Below, one piece after another: positions 9,939 through 19,913 of a stretch of DNA of 64,000 nucleotides. Source of the stretch: Candidatus Methanoperedens sp. (GTDB lineage: Archaea > Halobacteriota > Methanosarcinia > Methanosarcinales > Methanoperedenaceae). The stretch lies in the NCBI GenBank assembly GCA_027460465.1, contig JAPZAV010000153.1:5741-69740 (forward strand). Reading direction: 5' to 3'. Position 1 is the first letter of the stretch; every line of letters starts with the position of its first letter. Made by a program: the position numbers and the translations under genes. Under the pieces are notes generated by a model. That model made no database searches, was not told the origin of the DNA, and was given only the letters and a program-made list of their open reading frames with translations.

Positions 9939-10257
9939 AAGAAATAGATAATGTTTGATACCTTGAGCAGGTTCTTAATAGCAACCACACCCATGCTTAC
10001 AACAACACCTGTCCCCACTGCATCTATACAAACTCCGCCACATTTATTCTCATGCTCCCATAATTCGATTGGAAAAACAAAAACCTCGAATTAGGCGCTA
10101 GAAATAGGTGTGATCAAATCTTTTATTTTACAAACATTTTTGGTGAATTCATGCACACAATATGAGTTTGGAGTGAAATCCTTTACAGGACATTGTTTAT
10201 TTTTCTCGAAAGAAGTTATGTGTTTATGGTTTCATGAGCGCTAAAAATCACTCCTTA

Positions 10258-10500
10258 TTATTCCAATCCCTTGGTAATTTGTATGTACATATTACGAATT
10301 TTGTCTTCGACAAAACGTTTGTCATTTTGGATTGTTCCACTATCATCTGCCACAGCTTTTGACCTTGCGATTGCAGCTTTCTTCCTGTGCAGCGCTTCGA
10401 AATAAAGACATCGTAATCCAAGAGCATCTTTTATTTCCATGAGCTCATCTCTTGATACCACAAGAGTATAGGTTTCTTGTTCGTCTTTATGTATCTCCAT
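10258..10500 (-). CDS. Hypothetical protein (80 aa)
   Basis: AAGGAGTGA RBS 5 nt before ATG at 10500. Confidence 0.6.
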   Translation of the reverse strand: MEIHKDEQETYTLVVSRDELMEIKDALGLRCLYFEALHRKKAAIARSKAVADDSGTIQNDKRFVEDKIRNMYIQITKGLE

Positions 10501-10765
10501 TAAAATCACTCCTTATGGTACGTCTTTCTATGTTTTTTTAAAAATATCGGACGATGTATAAATAGCAAACGTTGTCATCCTGAATAAATCCCCGTACATT
10601 CGGATTTCAATCCGAGGTTATTGATTGCAACGATAGGCGCTTTATGCTCCCAGTAGTAATAGTATCAATAGTATCCAAAACAACTTTTTTCTAGTGCTAT
10701 GATGAGCGCGAATGGTAACGACCTATATACTATAGTTTTAATAAGTACAAATCCAATTATCGAAC

Positions 10766-10972
10766 ATGCAATTTACAGTTAAACTCGAAGAATCTGCAGA
10801 GGGTGGATATACCGCCCAATGTCTTGAACTTCCTGCTGCGATAAGTGAAGGAGATACAAAAGAAGAAGCTCTCGAAAATATTAAAGAAGCAATTCAACTG
10901 GTTCTTGAGGTCTCACTGGAACAAGCGCAGTCGTATACTGAAGTCTTTAAGGTGGAAGTGGCAAGTGCCTAA
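10766..10972 (+). CDS. hicB: HicB-family antitoxin (short form)
   Basis: EEGGY-type GGYTAQCLELPAAISEGDTKEEALENIKEAI signature. Confidence 0.9.
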   Translation: MQFTVKLEESAEGGYTAQCLELPAAISEGDTKEEALENIKEAIQLVLEVSLEQAQSYTEVFKVEVASA

Positions 10973-11178
10973 ACTTCCTTCTTTATCTGGTAAAAAAATT
11001 ATCAGATCTTTGAATAAGATGGGTTTCATCATAGTACGGCAGAAAGGGAGCCATGTGTTTATGCAAAAGGGGGAATCAACAGTTACTGTGCCATTACATG
11101 ACCCTGTCAAGAAAACCACTCTTAAAAGTATATTGAATCACAGGGGTTTCCTTAGAGGAATTATTAGAACATCTTTGA
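10965..11178 (+). pseudogene. hicA: HicA-family mRNA interferase with a C-terminal frameshift
   Basis: GTG start overlapping hicB; RQKGSHVFM and VTVPLH motifs; native-looking ending GVSLEELLEHL* lies in another frame after 11140. Confidence 0.75.
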
Positions 11179-11205
11179 ATTTTATAAGTGATAATGCGCC
11201 TGAAT

Positions 11206-11412
11206 TTAAACACAGAAAGGAAGCAAACCAACAAGAATATAAAATCCATGAGCATCCTCCCCGATGTCTCCCGTTTCTGAAGGGAGGTCGTTGACTATTT
11301 TGATAACGATTCTCTGCTCCATTATATCGAACTTCAGCAAATCCCCTGCTTTCAAATCAAAGTAATTCCTTATCTTCGGCGGAATGAACACATGCTGCAA
11401 TGAAGGCGCCAA
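11206..11412 (-). pseudogene. AbrB/MazE/SpoVT-like DNA-binding fragment
   Basis: VFIPPKIRNYFDLKAGDLLKF resembles the IPKEIRxxLGLKxGDxVxF core; N-terminal strand missing. Confidence 0.5.
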
Positions 11413-11439
11413 TCAAGTCGTGATTTTCCAAGGAAATTT

Positions 11440-11565
11440 CTAAATCCCCAGCTTCGGAATAGCTCTCAGATATTCCAGTCTCACCTGCTCTGGCGTAAGC
11501 TGCGTGTATCTATCAAGCATACTTGCATCAGCATCTCTCCTGAGCATCCATTCATTTCGTATCAT
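11440..11565 (-). pseudogene. Tyrosine recombinase/integrase C-terminal remnant
   Basis: Hand translation MIRNEWMLRRDADASMLDRYTQLTPEQVRLEYLRAIPKLGI*, resembling archaeal integrase endings (LRGD...Y...EYL..IPKLGI). Confidence 0.7.
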
Positions 11566-11634
11566 GAGCCTCAACCAACAGGATTATCTGATATGTTTTC
11601 AGGATCGTTTTACTTCATTGAAATGATTAAAGTA

Positions 11635-11707
11635 CGTCCGGACCGGGATTTGAACCCGGGTCGGGGGCTCGACAGGCCCTCATGATAGGCCGCTACACTA
11701 TCCGGAC
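11635..11707 (-). tRNA. trnD: tRNA-Asp (GUC)
   Basis: GTCCGGA/TCCGGAC acceptor stem, anticodon loop CTGTCGA, T-arm CCGGG-TTCAAAT-CCCGG; 73 nt; no encoded CCA. Confidence 0.96.
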
Positions 11708-11762
11708 AGGATTCGCATAAATGGTTTTTTTGCATTTAAGCCTTTTGATAGCGAGTTATTTG

Positions 11763-12209
11763 CTATGAATCAGGCTTTATGTCGAACTTCATCAATATCT
11801 GTCTGCAGACATCGAACTTATCGCATCCTGCGCATTCTTCAAGAATTATTCTTTTCTCTTCGCTTTCAAGCCTTTTGAACCCATTTTTCTCAAAAAAAGC
11901 AGGCGAAGAGGTCAGAAGAAAGACAGCATCGGTCAGCCCGGCAGCACGGTTCATGACAGCTCTGATAAGCTCTGTACCGATGCCTCTGTTGCGCATGCCA
12001 GGCAATACAGCGATCGAACGCAGTTCCACGATATCCCCGAAATACAGACAGGCACATCCCACAACCCTTTTATCAAGAACTGCGACTCTGCATTCAGCAA
12101 GATTATCTTCTATATCTTCAGTATCAAGATAATAAAAAGAAAGGAGCCTCTTAATATCCCTGATATCTTCCTGTGTTGCAGTTCGGACCTGAATCGTCGT
12201 GCAGCTCAT
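11763..12209 (-). CDS. GNAT N-acetyltransferase (short ArgA-like)
   Basis: ELRSIAV...RNRGIG acetyl-CoA motif; C-terminal CxxCxxxxxC. Confidence 0.8.
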   Translation of the reverse strand: MSCTTIQVRTATQEDIRDIKRLLSFYYLDTEDIEDNLAECRVAVLDKRVVGCACLYFGDIVELRSIAVLPGMRNRGIGTELIRAVMNRAAGLTDAVFLLTSSPAFFEKNGFKRLESEEKRIILEECAGCDKFDVCRQILMKFDIKPDS

Positions 12210-12277
12210 CCTTCAGGATAATTCTTTATAGTATATATAGTATATATTTCTTTATAGATTTATGAAAAGAGATCTTT

Positions 12278-13465
12278 ATGAAAGTCATACGCGACCCGAT
12301 ACACGATTATATCGAGCTTGATGATCTTGCACTCTCGCTGATAGATACACCTGCGCTCCAGAGGCTGCGCCGGATACGGCAGCTCGGTTTTTCTAACCTC
12401 GTGTATCCTGGAGCGAACCATACCAGGTTTGAGCATTCCCTGGGCGTGTATCATCTCACAGCACACATGATAGAACAGGTGGATGAGGAGGAGCGGAATG
12501 AACTTCTTGCCGCTGGATTGCTGCATGATATAGGGCACGGTCCATTCTCCCATGCTACCGAGGGTATCATTGAGAGATACACACGAAAAAGCCATGACGA
12601 TGTGGCAGGCTTGTTAAAAAAAGGGGAAGTCTCTGAGGTATTAAGGGAATATTCTTTATCACCTTCATCTGTTGCCAGACATATCAAAGGCGAGACCGAC
12701 ACAGGTCAGATCATCAACAGCGAAATAGATGTTGACAGAATGGACTATCTTGTGCGCGATGCGTATTATACGGGAGTGGCTTTTGGTCTTGTTGACCATG
12801 CAAGGTTGATCCACGAGTTGAGGTTCAAAGAAAATAGACTTGTGCTGAACACGGGTGGACTGCAGGCAGCAGAATCGCTTCTGGTCTCAAGGTTCCTGAT
12901 GCATCCAACGGTTTATTTTCACCATGTATGCAGGATCGCAGAATCAATGTGCGTGCGTGGTGTGGAACACCTGATAGAGAACGAAGGTCTTTCCCCGCGA
13001 CGACTACAGCAAATGGATGATGCTTCGCTCATGCTGGAAATGAGAAATGCAGGCGGTTATGCGGCCGAGATCGCGAGGCGACTTGATGAAAGGCGGCTAT
13101 TCAAAAGGGCGCTTTATACTGGTTTTGAGTCGCTGAACAAGGATGTGCTAAAGCACAGGAAAAATGTAAAAAGAGCTGAAAAAGAGATCGCTGAGGGCGC
13201 AGGCGCAGAACCTGAGCATGTGATCGTGGACATACCGGAAAGACCTCATATCATCGAAATGAAAGCAAGGGTTCTGGTAAACGGCAGGATGGTGCCGATC
13301 AACAGAGCCTCAAGCCTTATCGCAAATCTCGAAAATGCATCGCTTGATAACTGGAGGCTCGGGGTTTTCGCACCGCCAGAATACAGGGAAAAAGTGGGGA
13401 ATGCTGCAAGGGATTTCTTTGAAGTGAAGAAGGATACAAAACAGTTCAAACTCACTGAGATCTGA
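12278..13465 (+). CDS. HD-domain phosphohydrolase (dNTPase-like)
   Basis: IRDPIH, QRLRRIRQLG, HTRFEHSLG, LLHDIGHGPFSH, DVDRMDYL. Confidence 0.92.
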   Translation: MKVIRDPIHDYIELDDLALSLIDTPALQRLRRIRQLGFSNLVYPGANHTRFEHSLGVYHLTAHMIEQVDEEERNELLAAGLLHDIGHGPFSHATEGIIERYTRKSHDDVAGLLKKGEVSEVLREYSLSPSSVARHIKGETDTGQIINSEIDVDRMDYLVRDAYYTGVAFGLVDHARLIHELRFKENRLVLNTGGLQAAESLLVSRFLMHPTVYFHHVCRIAESMCVRGVEHLIENEGLSPRRLQQMDDASLMLEMRNAGGYAAEIARRLDERRLFKRALYTGFESLNKDVLKHRKNVKRAEKEIAEGAGAEPEHVIVDIPERPHIIEMKARVLVNGRMVPINRASSLIANLENASLDNWRLGVFAPPEYREKVGNAARDFFEVKKDTKQFKLTEI

Positions 13466-14204
13466 GCGCCCGCAGTATCACGTCCTCTCTTTCAGGTCTG
13501 ATTAACTCCTTTATCCCGCTGGATTCATGATAGAGATTCAGACCCCGGATTATCACAACAGGAGTGCCGCCGTTCCCCTCACCCATCAGGAAATTTCCAA
13601 ATCCTGCAATTTCATCCACGACAGCCTCATTTTTAACTTCGAGAACCCTTCCGAAGAGGTCCTTTGTACCGCGCCAGTCCCGCGTGGGTTTTATCCCTGT
13701 TATTCCGATAGCCGCACCTGTCTGCCCGATCCTGAAAGCCCTGCCGTTGGTATCCGTGATGATCACGCTCACCTTTTTACCGGTCAATTTGAATAATGAA
13801 TCCCTGATCCTTCCTGCGCTCTCATCAGGAGCTTCTGGCAGCAGAAGCACGTTTTCCTGGCCTTCGACATTGGAGCGGTCTATGCCTGCATTGACACAGA
13901 TACTTCCGTTTTTCATGCGAACGAGAAGAAAGGGAGAATCTAAAAGAACCTCTTCGCTTTCATCAAGCACGATCTGCACGAATCTTGGATCGTTGCTGTT
14001 TTTTTTAGCAATGGTTTCTGCCCTCCCGGTCACTTTTATGCCATCGAGCGAAAAAATCCTGTTCTCAGATTTTGAGACGATCGTCGAGGAAATAATGATA
14101 ATGTCCTTCTCTTCAAGCTTTGCCCTTTCTGCTATGACACGGGCTATATCATCACCAGGTTTGATCAGCGGGATATTCTCAACCGTAATTGCTTCTGCAT
14201 TCAA
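13452..14204 (-). CDS. cofE: Coenzyme F420-0:L-glutamate ligase
   Basis: IPLIKPGDDI, NAGIDRSN, IITDTNGRAFRIG, VVDEIAG, GTPVVIIRG. Confidence 0.93.
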   Translation of the reverse strand: MNAEAITVENIPLIKPGDDIARVIAERAKLEEKDIIIISSTIVSKSENRIFSLDGIKVTGRAETIAKKNSNDPRFVQIVLDESEEVLLDSPFLLVRMKNGSICVNAGIDRSNVEGQENVLLLPEAPDESAGRIRDSLFKLTGKKVSVIITDTNGRAFRIGQTGAAIGITGIKPTRDWRGTKDLFGRVLEVKNEAVVDEIAGFGNFLMGEGNGGTPVVIIRGLNLYHESSGIKELIRPEREDVILRALRSQ

Positions 14205-14271
14205 AGAAGATTCCTCAGCACCCTAAAATGCTGAAGTAATAATTATGCTTTCTGAATGGAAATGTCCAGGT

Positions 14272-17200
14272 TCATAATCTCTTATTGCGTATCTTTTTTC
14301 CTGCCAGTATTATTACAGCAATGATCTGGACTATTGCAGGACCTGTCAGCAGGGGAACATTTTGTTTAGTAGGCGGCTTTTCAACCTGAGTTTCGTTCGA
14401 AGTGAATGCCTCGGTAAATACGGATCTCTTTTCAGATACCTGACCCTCTGAAGTCGTTTCTGCTGATATTGCGAAATGAGAGAATCTATCTGTGGACGCC
14501 AGGTAGTAATGGAATTCTAGATCTTCGTTCAATCTTTTGGTGGGAAGTTTAGTCCAACCTGAATCATAGAGGTACAGCGAGATAGAATCAGGATCCGTTG
14601 CCCATTCTTTTCTGACCCTGAATATCACCTCAGCATTCTTTATGTTCCTGGGCCGGGCAAAGCCTGAAGTGCCGACCCAGATATTGAGATCCCTGTACAC
14701 TTTTCCAGGGGCAGGGGTGCTTACAAGCGAGGAGGTGTTTCTCAGCACCTCAACCATGGTGCTGATCTCACCTGCGCTGACATTGCCTGTTATATTCACG
14801 TACATTACCGGATTGCTATAATTTGTGAATCTGTATGATGTGGATCTGTCTTTAAAGATGTGCAGATCATGCTTTTCTTTCACCTCTATATTTGAGTAGT
14901 TCTCTCCAGAAGTACCCCCTCCACCTCCGCCTCCACCTCCGCCCCCACTTACCTGGGGTTGCTGAGAAGGTGGAGAATAGAGGTCACCTGATATTGCAAA
15001 CTCACTGAGAGTTGTCAGGTTTGCCCACACGAAATTATTGACAGTATCCACGCCTGCGTCATTAACATATGTGAAAGAACCAGCTCCCAGAAGTCTGTCC
15101 CATGTGCGTGAGGTGATGTTCCATCTGTGCAGCCGAAGTGAACTTTCGACAAGAGAGCTGACCTCTCCATCTGAATAATTAACCGCGATGATCACATAGG
15201 ACAGATTGTTCTTTATGCTCTCGCTCACATTTATCAGTACATAGATTCCAGGACCCAATTCATTTGATGTAATATTTACCTTTGATTGAGTGATATTCAC
15301 TGAACCATTGCTTATGCTGCCTGTGAACAAGTGCAGGGTCGTATTGGATAAAGGCGCTGATACTATCGTTTCCTTATTTTCACCTGTCTCCACACTCGTA
15401 TTAACTGTCATGAATGTGGTGGCGAAGTGCACCTTCTGGGATGTGTTGGTATTTCCAGCAGTATCGTTCGCAAGAACTGCTGCACTGAAGCGCCCGTACT
15501 GCCAGGTATCTGTAAAATTATAATAGAACACACCTTCACCTGCAGAACTCATAGGGTATGTTATTAAAGTGCTGTCAGGATATGTCACCAGTACAAAGAT
15601 CTCGCCTGTATTGACTTCCCCTCCAGGATCCTTGACTCTGGCAGTGATGTTCGCAGACCCATTCAGATTTATAAACTGCTGCGACACATTTACCTCTGTC
15701 ACAGATGGGGGAGTGCTATCCAGGGAAATATCGAGCTTTTCACTGTCATTTTCATTTCCGGCATTATCACTGAGAGTTATGTTCAATGTATAATTCCCAT
15801 CCTCCTTGAATTTGTCGAATGTGGCATTCCCTTTCCAGAAGCCCGACTGGTTGGAAAGCATTATCCAGCCAGAGTTATTCATCTGCGATGCATCCACCAG
15901 AATATTTTTCAGACCTGCTGAAGTGCCATTGACCACGGGATCAAGAGCTGAAATGTTGAATTCTATGATGCTTCCGAGATTTGCTGCATTCCCATGCTGA
16001 TAGTCCAGCCTTTTTTCATAAATAAGAGGTGGAGTGTTATCAACGATAACAGATAATTGAACACTGTCGTTCACATAACCCATGTTGTCATATGCAGTGA
16101 CATTAAGGTGATATGTTCCATCTGATGTATTTACTAATACGCTGTTTGTCCAGAATCCAGAGGTTCTGGAAAGAAAAACATCAGAAAGAGATGTGTTCAG
16201 ACCTGAAGCACTCACACTTGCGTTTTTCACCCCGGTAACTGCATCGTTTATGGTGGCATTGAAGATTATGATGCTGCCATTTCTTGCCGCGGTATTTCCA
16301 GATGTATAATCGATTTTTGCGATCACAGCAGGCGGGGTATTATCAACATTTACAGCAAGCTGCACCGTATTATTGACATTGCTGACATTATCATAAGCAG
16401 TGATGTTCAAAAGATATATTCCATCTGATGCATTAACTATTGTATTATTTTTCCAGAACCCTGAAACATTGTTGAGAGAGATATCTCTCATGGATGAATT
16501 GACAGGTGAAATATCTATGCTTGCGTTTTTTATCCCGAAGCCTGCATCTGTTATTGTGACATTGAAAACGATGTTATCACCGTTCTTTGCTGCTGGATTC
16601 CCCCCTGCATATATGATCTGGTTCGCAGCGACAAGAGGCGGATCAGGATCAAGCGATCTAACTGCTGCAAATACATCTATTCTTCCTGTTCCATATGTAC
16701 TGTCTTTCCCTGCTGCCCCCAGGTCGAGCGAAGAAGTCTCAAGGATATTCTTTATCTGCCCTGGAGAAAGGGTCTTTCCAAGCCGCTTCGCTGCCTCCAG
16801 GATGAGCGCAGCAGCACCTGAGACATGCGGCGTAGCCATTGAAGTGCCTGACATATTTATATAGCCGCCTGTCAAATAATTCAGTGATGTGATACTTACA
16901 CCGGGCGCGCTGATATCAGGCTTGATCAGCGTTTCTCCATCAACATTCAGAGGTCCGCGGCTGCTGAATGCTGCAATGTTATCCAGGTTGTCCACAGCCC
17001 CCACAGCGATAACATTTTTTTCACCCGCCGGGAAGCTTATTGTTCCGGCCGAAGGCCCGCTGTTTCCAGCAGCTGCTATTACCACAACTCCTGAGGATAC
17101 AGCATTGTTCACAGCAGCTGTGATGATGGGATCACGGGGACCTCCCAGGGACAGGCTGATTATACTGGCGTTATTCTCAACCGACCACTGTATCCCGCTC

Positions 17201-17943
17201 ACGATATCACTGACAAAACATAGACCATGGCTGTCACATACCTTGGCTGCGAAAAGATTCACACCTGGCGCTACCCCTGTGGTTGTCCCGCTCCTCCCAT
17301 CACCTCCAGCCGTTCCCGCCACATGGGTACCATGACCATAATCGTCCATAGGATCAGTATCATTATTAACAAAATCGTACCCTCTGATGTATCGCTCTGC
17401 TATGTCGGGATGATTATAATCCAGCCCTGTATCGAGAACAGAAACATTGATCCCGGTTCCATTGATGCCGAGTTCCCATACCCTAGTCGTGTTTATATGT
17501 TTTATTTCCCCGGTAGCAGTATCTATCTGTACTCCTGCCTGAGAATACTCCAGGATGTGGAGTTGCTGATCTGGTACGATCGCAGCAACATCCTCCTGTC
17601 TGCTGAGCTTTTCAATAAGCTCTGGAGATGCTTTCACTGCTACTGCATTTACGACCCAGAGCTGTTTTATTCTATCTGCTCTGCCTTTCTTTTTTCCTTC
17701 TTTCAGTAGAGCAGCGATATCCTGCTGCCTGCCTGACGCATGTTTCTTCAGCTCCTCAACAGCATTTTCTTTTGATCTGAGAGCTGGCTGATCTTTAAAG
17801 AGGATTATCACAGGTACGCTTTCATTGTTCAAGATCCTGGATTTCAGATCTGGCGATATTTTTTCTTCTGCTGCTTCAGAAACTATTGAAAAAAGGCTAA
17901 TTAGAACCAGAACAAGAAAGATTTTTGAGATGAATTTTTCCAT
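14272..17943 (-). CDS. Secreted S8 subtilase with Ig-like repeats, PGF-pre-PGF domain and C-terminal anchor
   Basis: Signal peptide; VLDTG, HGTHVAG, SGTSMATPH triad; DxTPP repeats; YRFAISA/FSHFAISA-type pre-PGF motif; hydrophobic then basic tail. Confidence 0.9.
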   Translation of the reverse strand: MEKFISKIFLVLVLISLFSIVSEAAEEKISPDLKSRILNNESVPVIILFKDQPALRSKENAVEELKKHASGRQQDIAALLKEGKKKGRADRIKQLWVVNAVAVKASPELIEKLSRQEDVAAIVPDQQLHILEYSQAGVQIDTATGEIKHINTTRVWELGINGTGINVSVLDTGLDYNHPDIAERYIRGYDFVNNDTDPMDDYGHGTHVAGTAGGDGRSGTTTGVAPGVNLFAAKVCDSHGLCFVSDIVSGIQWSVENNASIISLSLGGPRDPIITAAVNNAVSSGVVVIAAAGNSGPSAGTISFPAGEKNVIAVGAVDNLDNIAAFSSRGPLNVDGETLIKPDISAPGVSITSLNYLTGGYINMSGTSMATPHVSGAAALILEAAKRLGKTLSPGQIKNILETSSLDLGAAGKDSTYGTGRIDVFAAVRSLDPDPPLVAANQIIYAGGNPAAKNGDNIVFNVTITDAGFGIKNASIDISPVNSSMRDISLNNVSGFWKNNTIVNASDGIYLLNITAYDNVSNVNNTVQLAVNVDNTPPAVIAKIDYTSGNTAARNGSIIIFNATINDAVTGVKNASVSASGLNTSLSDVFLSRTSGFWTNSVLVNTSDGTYHLNVTAYDNMGYVNDSVQLSVIVDNTPPLIYEKRLDYQHGNAANLGSIIEFNISALDPVVNGTSAGLKNILVDASQMNNSGWIMLSNQSGFWKGNATFDKFKEDGNYTLNITLSDNAGNENDSEKLDISLDSTPPSVTEVNVSQQFINLNGSANITARVKDPGGEVNTGEIFVLVTYPDSTLITYPMSSAGEGVFYYNFTDTWQYGRFSAAVLANDTAGNTNTSQKVHFATTFMTVNTSVETGENKETIVSAPLSNTTLHLFTGSISNGSVNITQSKVNITSNELGPGIYVLINVSESIKNNLSYVIIAVNYSDGEVSSLVESSLRLHRWNITSRTWDRLLGAGSFTYVNDAGVDTVNNFVWANLTTLSEFAISGDLYSPPSQQPQVSGGGGGGGGGGGTSGENYSNIEVKEKHDLHIFKDRSTSYRFTNYSNPVMYVNITGNVSAGEISTMVEVLRNTSSLVSTPAPGKVYRDLNIWVGTSGFARPRNIKNAEVIFRVRKEWATDPDSISLYLYDSGWTKLPTKRLNEDLEFHYYLASTDRFSHFAISAETTSEGQVSEKRSVFTEAFTSNETQVEKPPTKQNVPLLTGPAIVQIIAVIILAGKKIRNKRL

Positions 17944-18075
17944 AACGATCCTATTCTCTCTCTATGTTATGATAATGATTATGGTGATAAATAATTTAAG
18001 CAAAATTACATGGTAAATTCTAAAATAAATAGAAGATCAGCAATCATCTTATTATAAACGATCAGGAGATGCCTG

Positions 18076-19839
18076 TTACTTACCCCAGAAAGGATTGCCT
18101 CTGCGCTTGATATGCATAAAAGCCATGAGAGCCTCTTTATCTTCGATCCTCATGGTCTCGAAAAGCTCCTGCTCCACGATTTTTGCATGCTTTTCAGGCA
18201 CATCGATATAGAGGATCTCCTCTTCCCTGATCTGGCGCCCAACGATCGGACCATCTATCGCAACTGCCACTTCTTTTCCTGTGGCAGCCTCGCTAATATT
18301 TTCATTGTGTTCCTGAATGCCTTTTATCTTTCCAATGATCGTGCCGTCCTCTTTCATCACATCAAGGTTGGTCTTGATAGCGCCTCCAAGCACGCGCACT
18401 CCCACGACTGCAGGCTTGCTCTGCCTGAAGGTGCAATCAGGAAGTATCATGAACCTTCCTGGTTTGATGACGGTCTCATATCGTTTCTTCTCGATGAGCT
18501 GCTTTTGCTCCTTCACCCATTTCTTGTAATCCTCGATAAGCTTGTATATGACATCGTTCAGGAATAACCTGATATCAGAACCTTCGAGCTCTTCTTTTGC
18601 ATCAGGAAGGACATCCACATCAAATCCAACGATCACTGATAAGATCGGGTCTTTTATGGTCTTTGCTTCAGCTATGTCGCGTTTTGAGATATCTCCTATA
18701 TCTGCCCTGCGTATCGGTATGTTCTCTTTCTTCAACTCGTTCACCAGGGCTTCAAGCGAACCCAGGGTATCTGCCTTGATCAATATCCCGTTTGATTCTG
18801 TTTCGATCCTTACAGCATCTATCTCAGACTTTATCTGCGCTACCACTTCATCGATATTGTCTGAAGCTGCTCTGATCTGTGAGCCTGCAATAGCATTTTC
18901 AAAATTTGGTGCCGCGATCTTTATTCCAGAGGCTGCAACCACTTTCTTCACCTGCTTGAACTTCTCCTCAGCACGCATCTCTGAAAGCGGGCGGGGCTTC
19001 AATAAAGCCCTTATCTTTGTCACGATAGGCGTGCCAAGACTCCCCACAACCACCATATCCCCGACATTCAACTCACCATCGTACAATATTACGTCCAGCG
19101 TTGTGCCAAGGCCAGTTTCTTCCTTCACCTCGAGAACGGTCCCCACCCCTGGACCCACCGCCCTGTACTCAAGGTCCTTTTCAAGGAACCTCTGGGCAAG
19201 TCCCATCAGCACCATGAGAAGATCTGGTATCCCCTCGCTTGTCTTTGCGCTGAGAGGAATCACCCCTATGTTCCTCTGGAAGTCGCGCAACCTGTCGTAT
19301 CTATCAGAGCTGAACCCAAGTTCATAGAGTTTGCCTATAAGTATGTATAGCTTATTATCCAGAGCAGCTCTCACATGCTCTGCCTGCTTCGGGTACGAGA
19401 TTATGAACGGCTGACCCGGTTGAGAATTCCATCCTGAGAGCTTATCAATCTTGTTTGCAGCCACAACAAAAGGCGTCCTGAACCTTTTAAGTATCTCGAT
19501 TGCCTCCAGCGTCTGGGGCTGGAACCCTTCATTTATGTCCACAACAAGCACAGCAAGATCCGCAAGCGCCCCACCTCTTGCTCTCAGTGTGGTAAAAGCC
19601 CTGTGCCCTGGAGTATCTATGAAAAGCAGCCCGGGGATCTTTGTATCTGCTTTAAATACCGCCCCGCAGACACGCTTTATCACATCGAGCGGCACTTCAG
19701 TCGCACCAATATGCTGCGTGATCAGACCTGCTTCACGCTCTGCTATCGCTGTACCTCTTATTCTATCAAGTAAGGAGGTCTTGCCATGATCAACATGTCC
19801 CATGACACATACTATGGGCGTGCGCAGGTTCTGCGGCAT
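18076..19839 (-). CDS. infB: Translation initiation factor aIF5B (IF-2)
   Basis: GHVDHGKT, DTPGH, NKID GTPase motifs; GNPFWGK end. Confidence 0.97.
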   Translation of the reverse strand: MPQNLRTPIVCVMGHVDHGKTSLLDRIRGTAIAEREAGLITQHIGATEVPLDVIKRVCGAVFKADTKIPGLLFIDTPGHRAFTTLRARGGALADLAVLVVDINEGFQPQTLEAIEILKRFRTPFVVAANKIDKLSGWNSQPGQPFIISYPKQAEHVRAALDNKLYILIGKLYELGFSSDRYDRLRDFQRNIGVIPLSAKTSEGIPDLLMVLMGLAQRFLEKDLEYRAVGPGVGTVLEVKEETGLGTTLDVILYDGELNVGDMVVVGSLGTPIVTKIRALLKPRPLSEMRAEEKFKQVKKVVAASGIKIAAPNFENAIAGSQIRAASDNIDEVVAQIKSEIDAVRIETESNGILIKADTLGSLEALVNELKKENIPIRRADIGDISKRDIAEAKTIKDPILSVIVGFDVDVLPDAKEELEGSDIRLFLNDVIYKLIEDYKKWVKEQKQLIEKKRYETVIKPGRFMILPDCTFRQSKPAVVGVRVLGGAIKTNLDVMKEDGTIIGKIKGIQEHNENISEAATGKEVAVAIDGPIVGRQIREEEILYIDVPEKHAKIVEQELFETMRIEDKEALMAFMHIKRRGNPFWGK

Positions 19840-19913
19840 AACTATCAGATTATGTTAAAAGTATATAAGTTCTCAAGATATACCGCAGTGATTCGAGCAG
19901 ATCAGGAGAGAAT

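Larger units (their letters stand above)
8600..11634. mobile_element. Decayed integrative element/genomic island abutting the 3' end of tRNA-Asp (left boundary uncertain)
   Basis: Integrase C-terminal remnant, HicBA module, AbrB-like fragment, orphan ORFs and AT-rich DNA directly downstream of tRNA-Asp; no clean att duplication found. Confidence 0.55.

Noticed and set aside
10591-10618. CCCGTACATTCGGATTTCAATCCGAGGT, loosely resembling the tRNA-Asp T-arm/3' end as a possible att duplicate
   Set aside because: Too many mismatches to the tRNA 3' end to call an att site; could be a chance hairpin.
14914-14946. GGN tandem repeat (poly-Gly)
   Set aside because: Ordinary linker before PGF-pre-PGF domains, not a repeat element.
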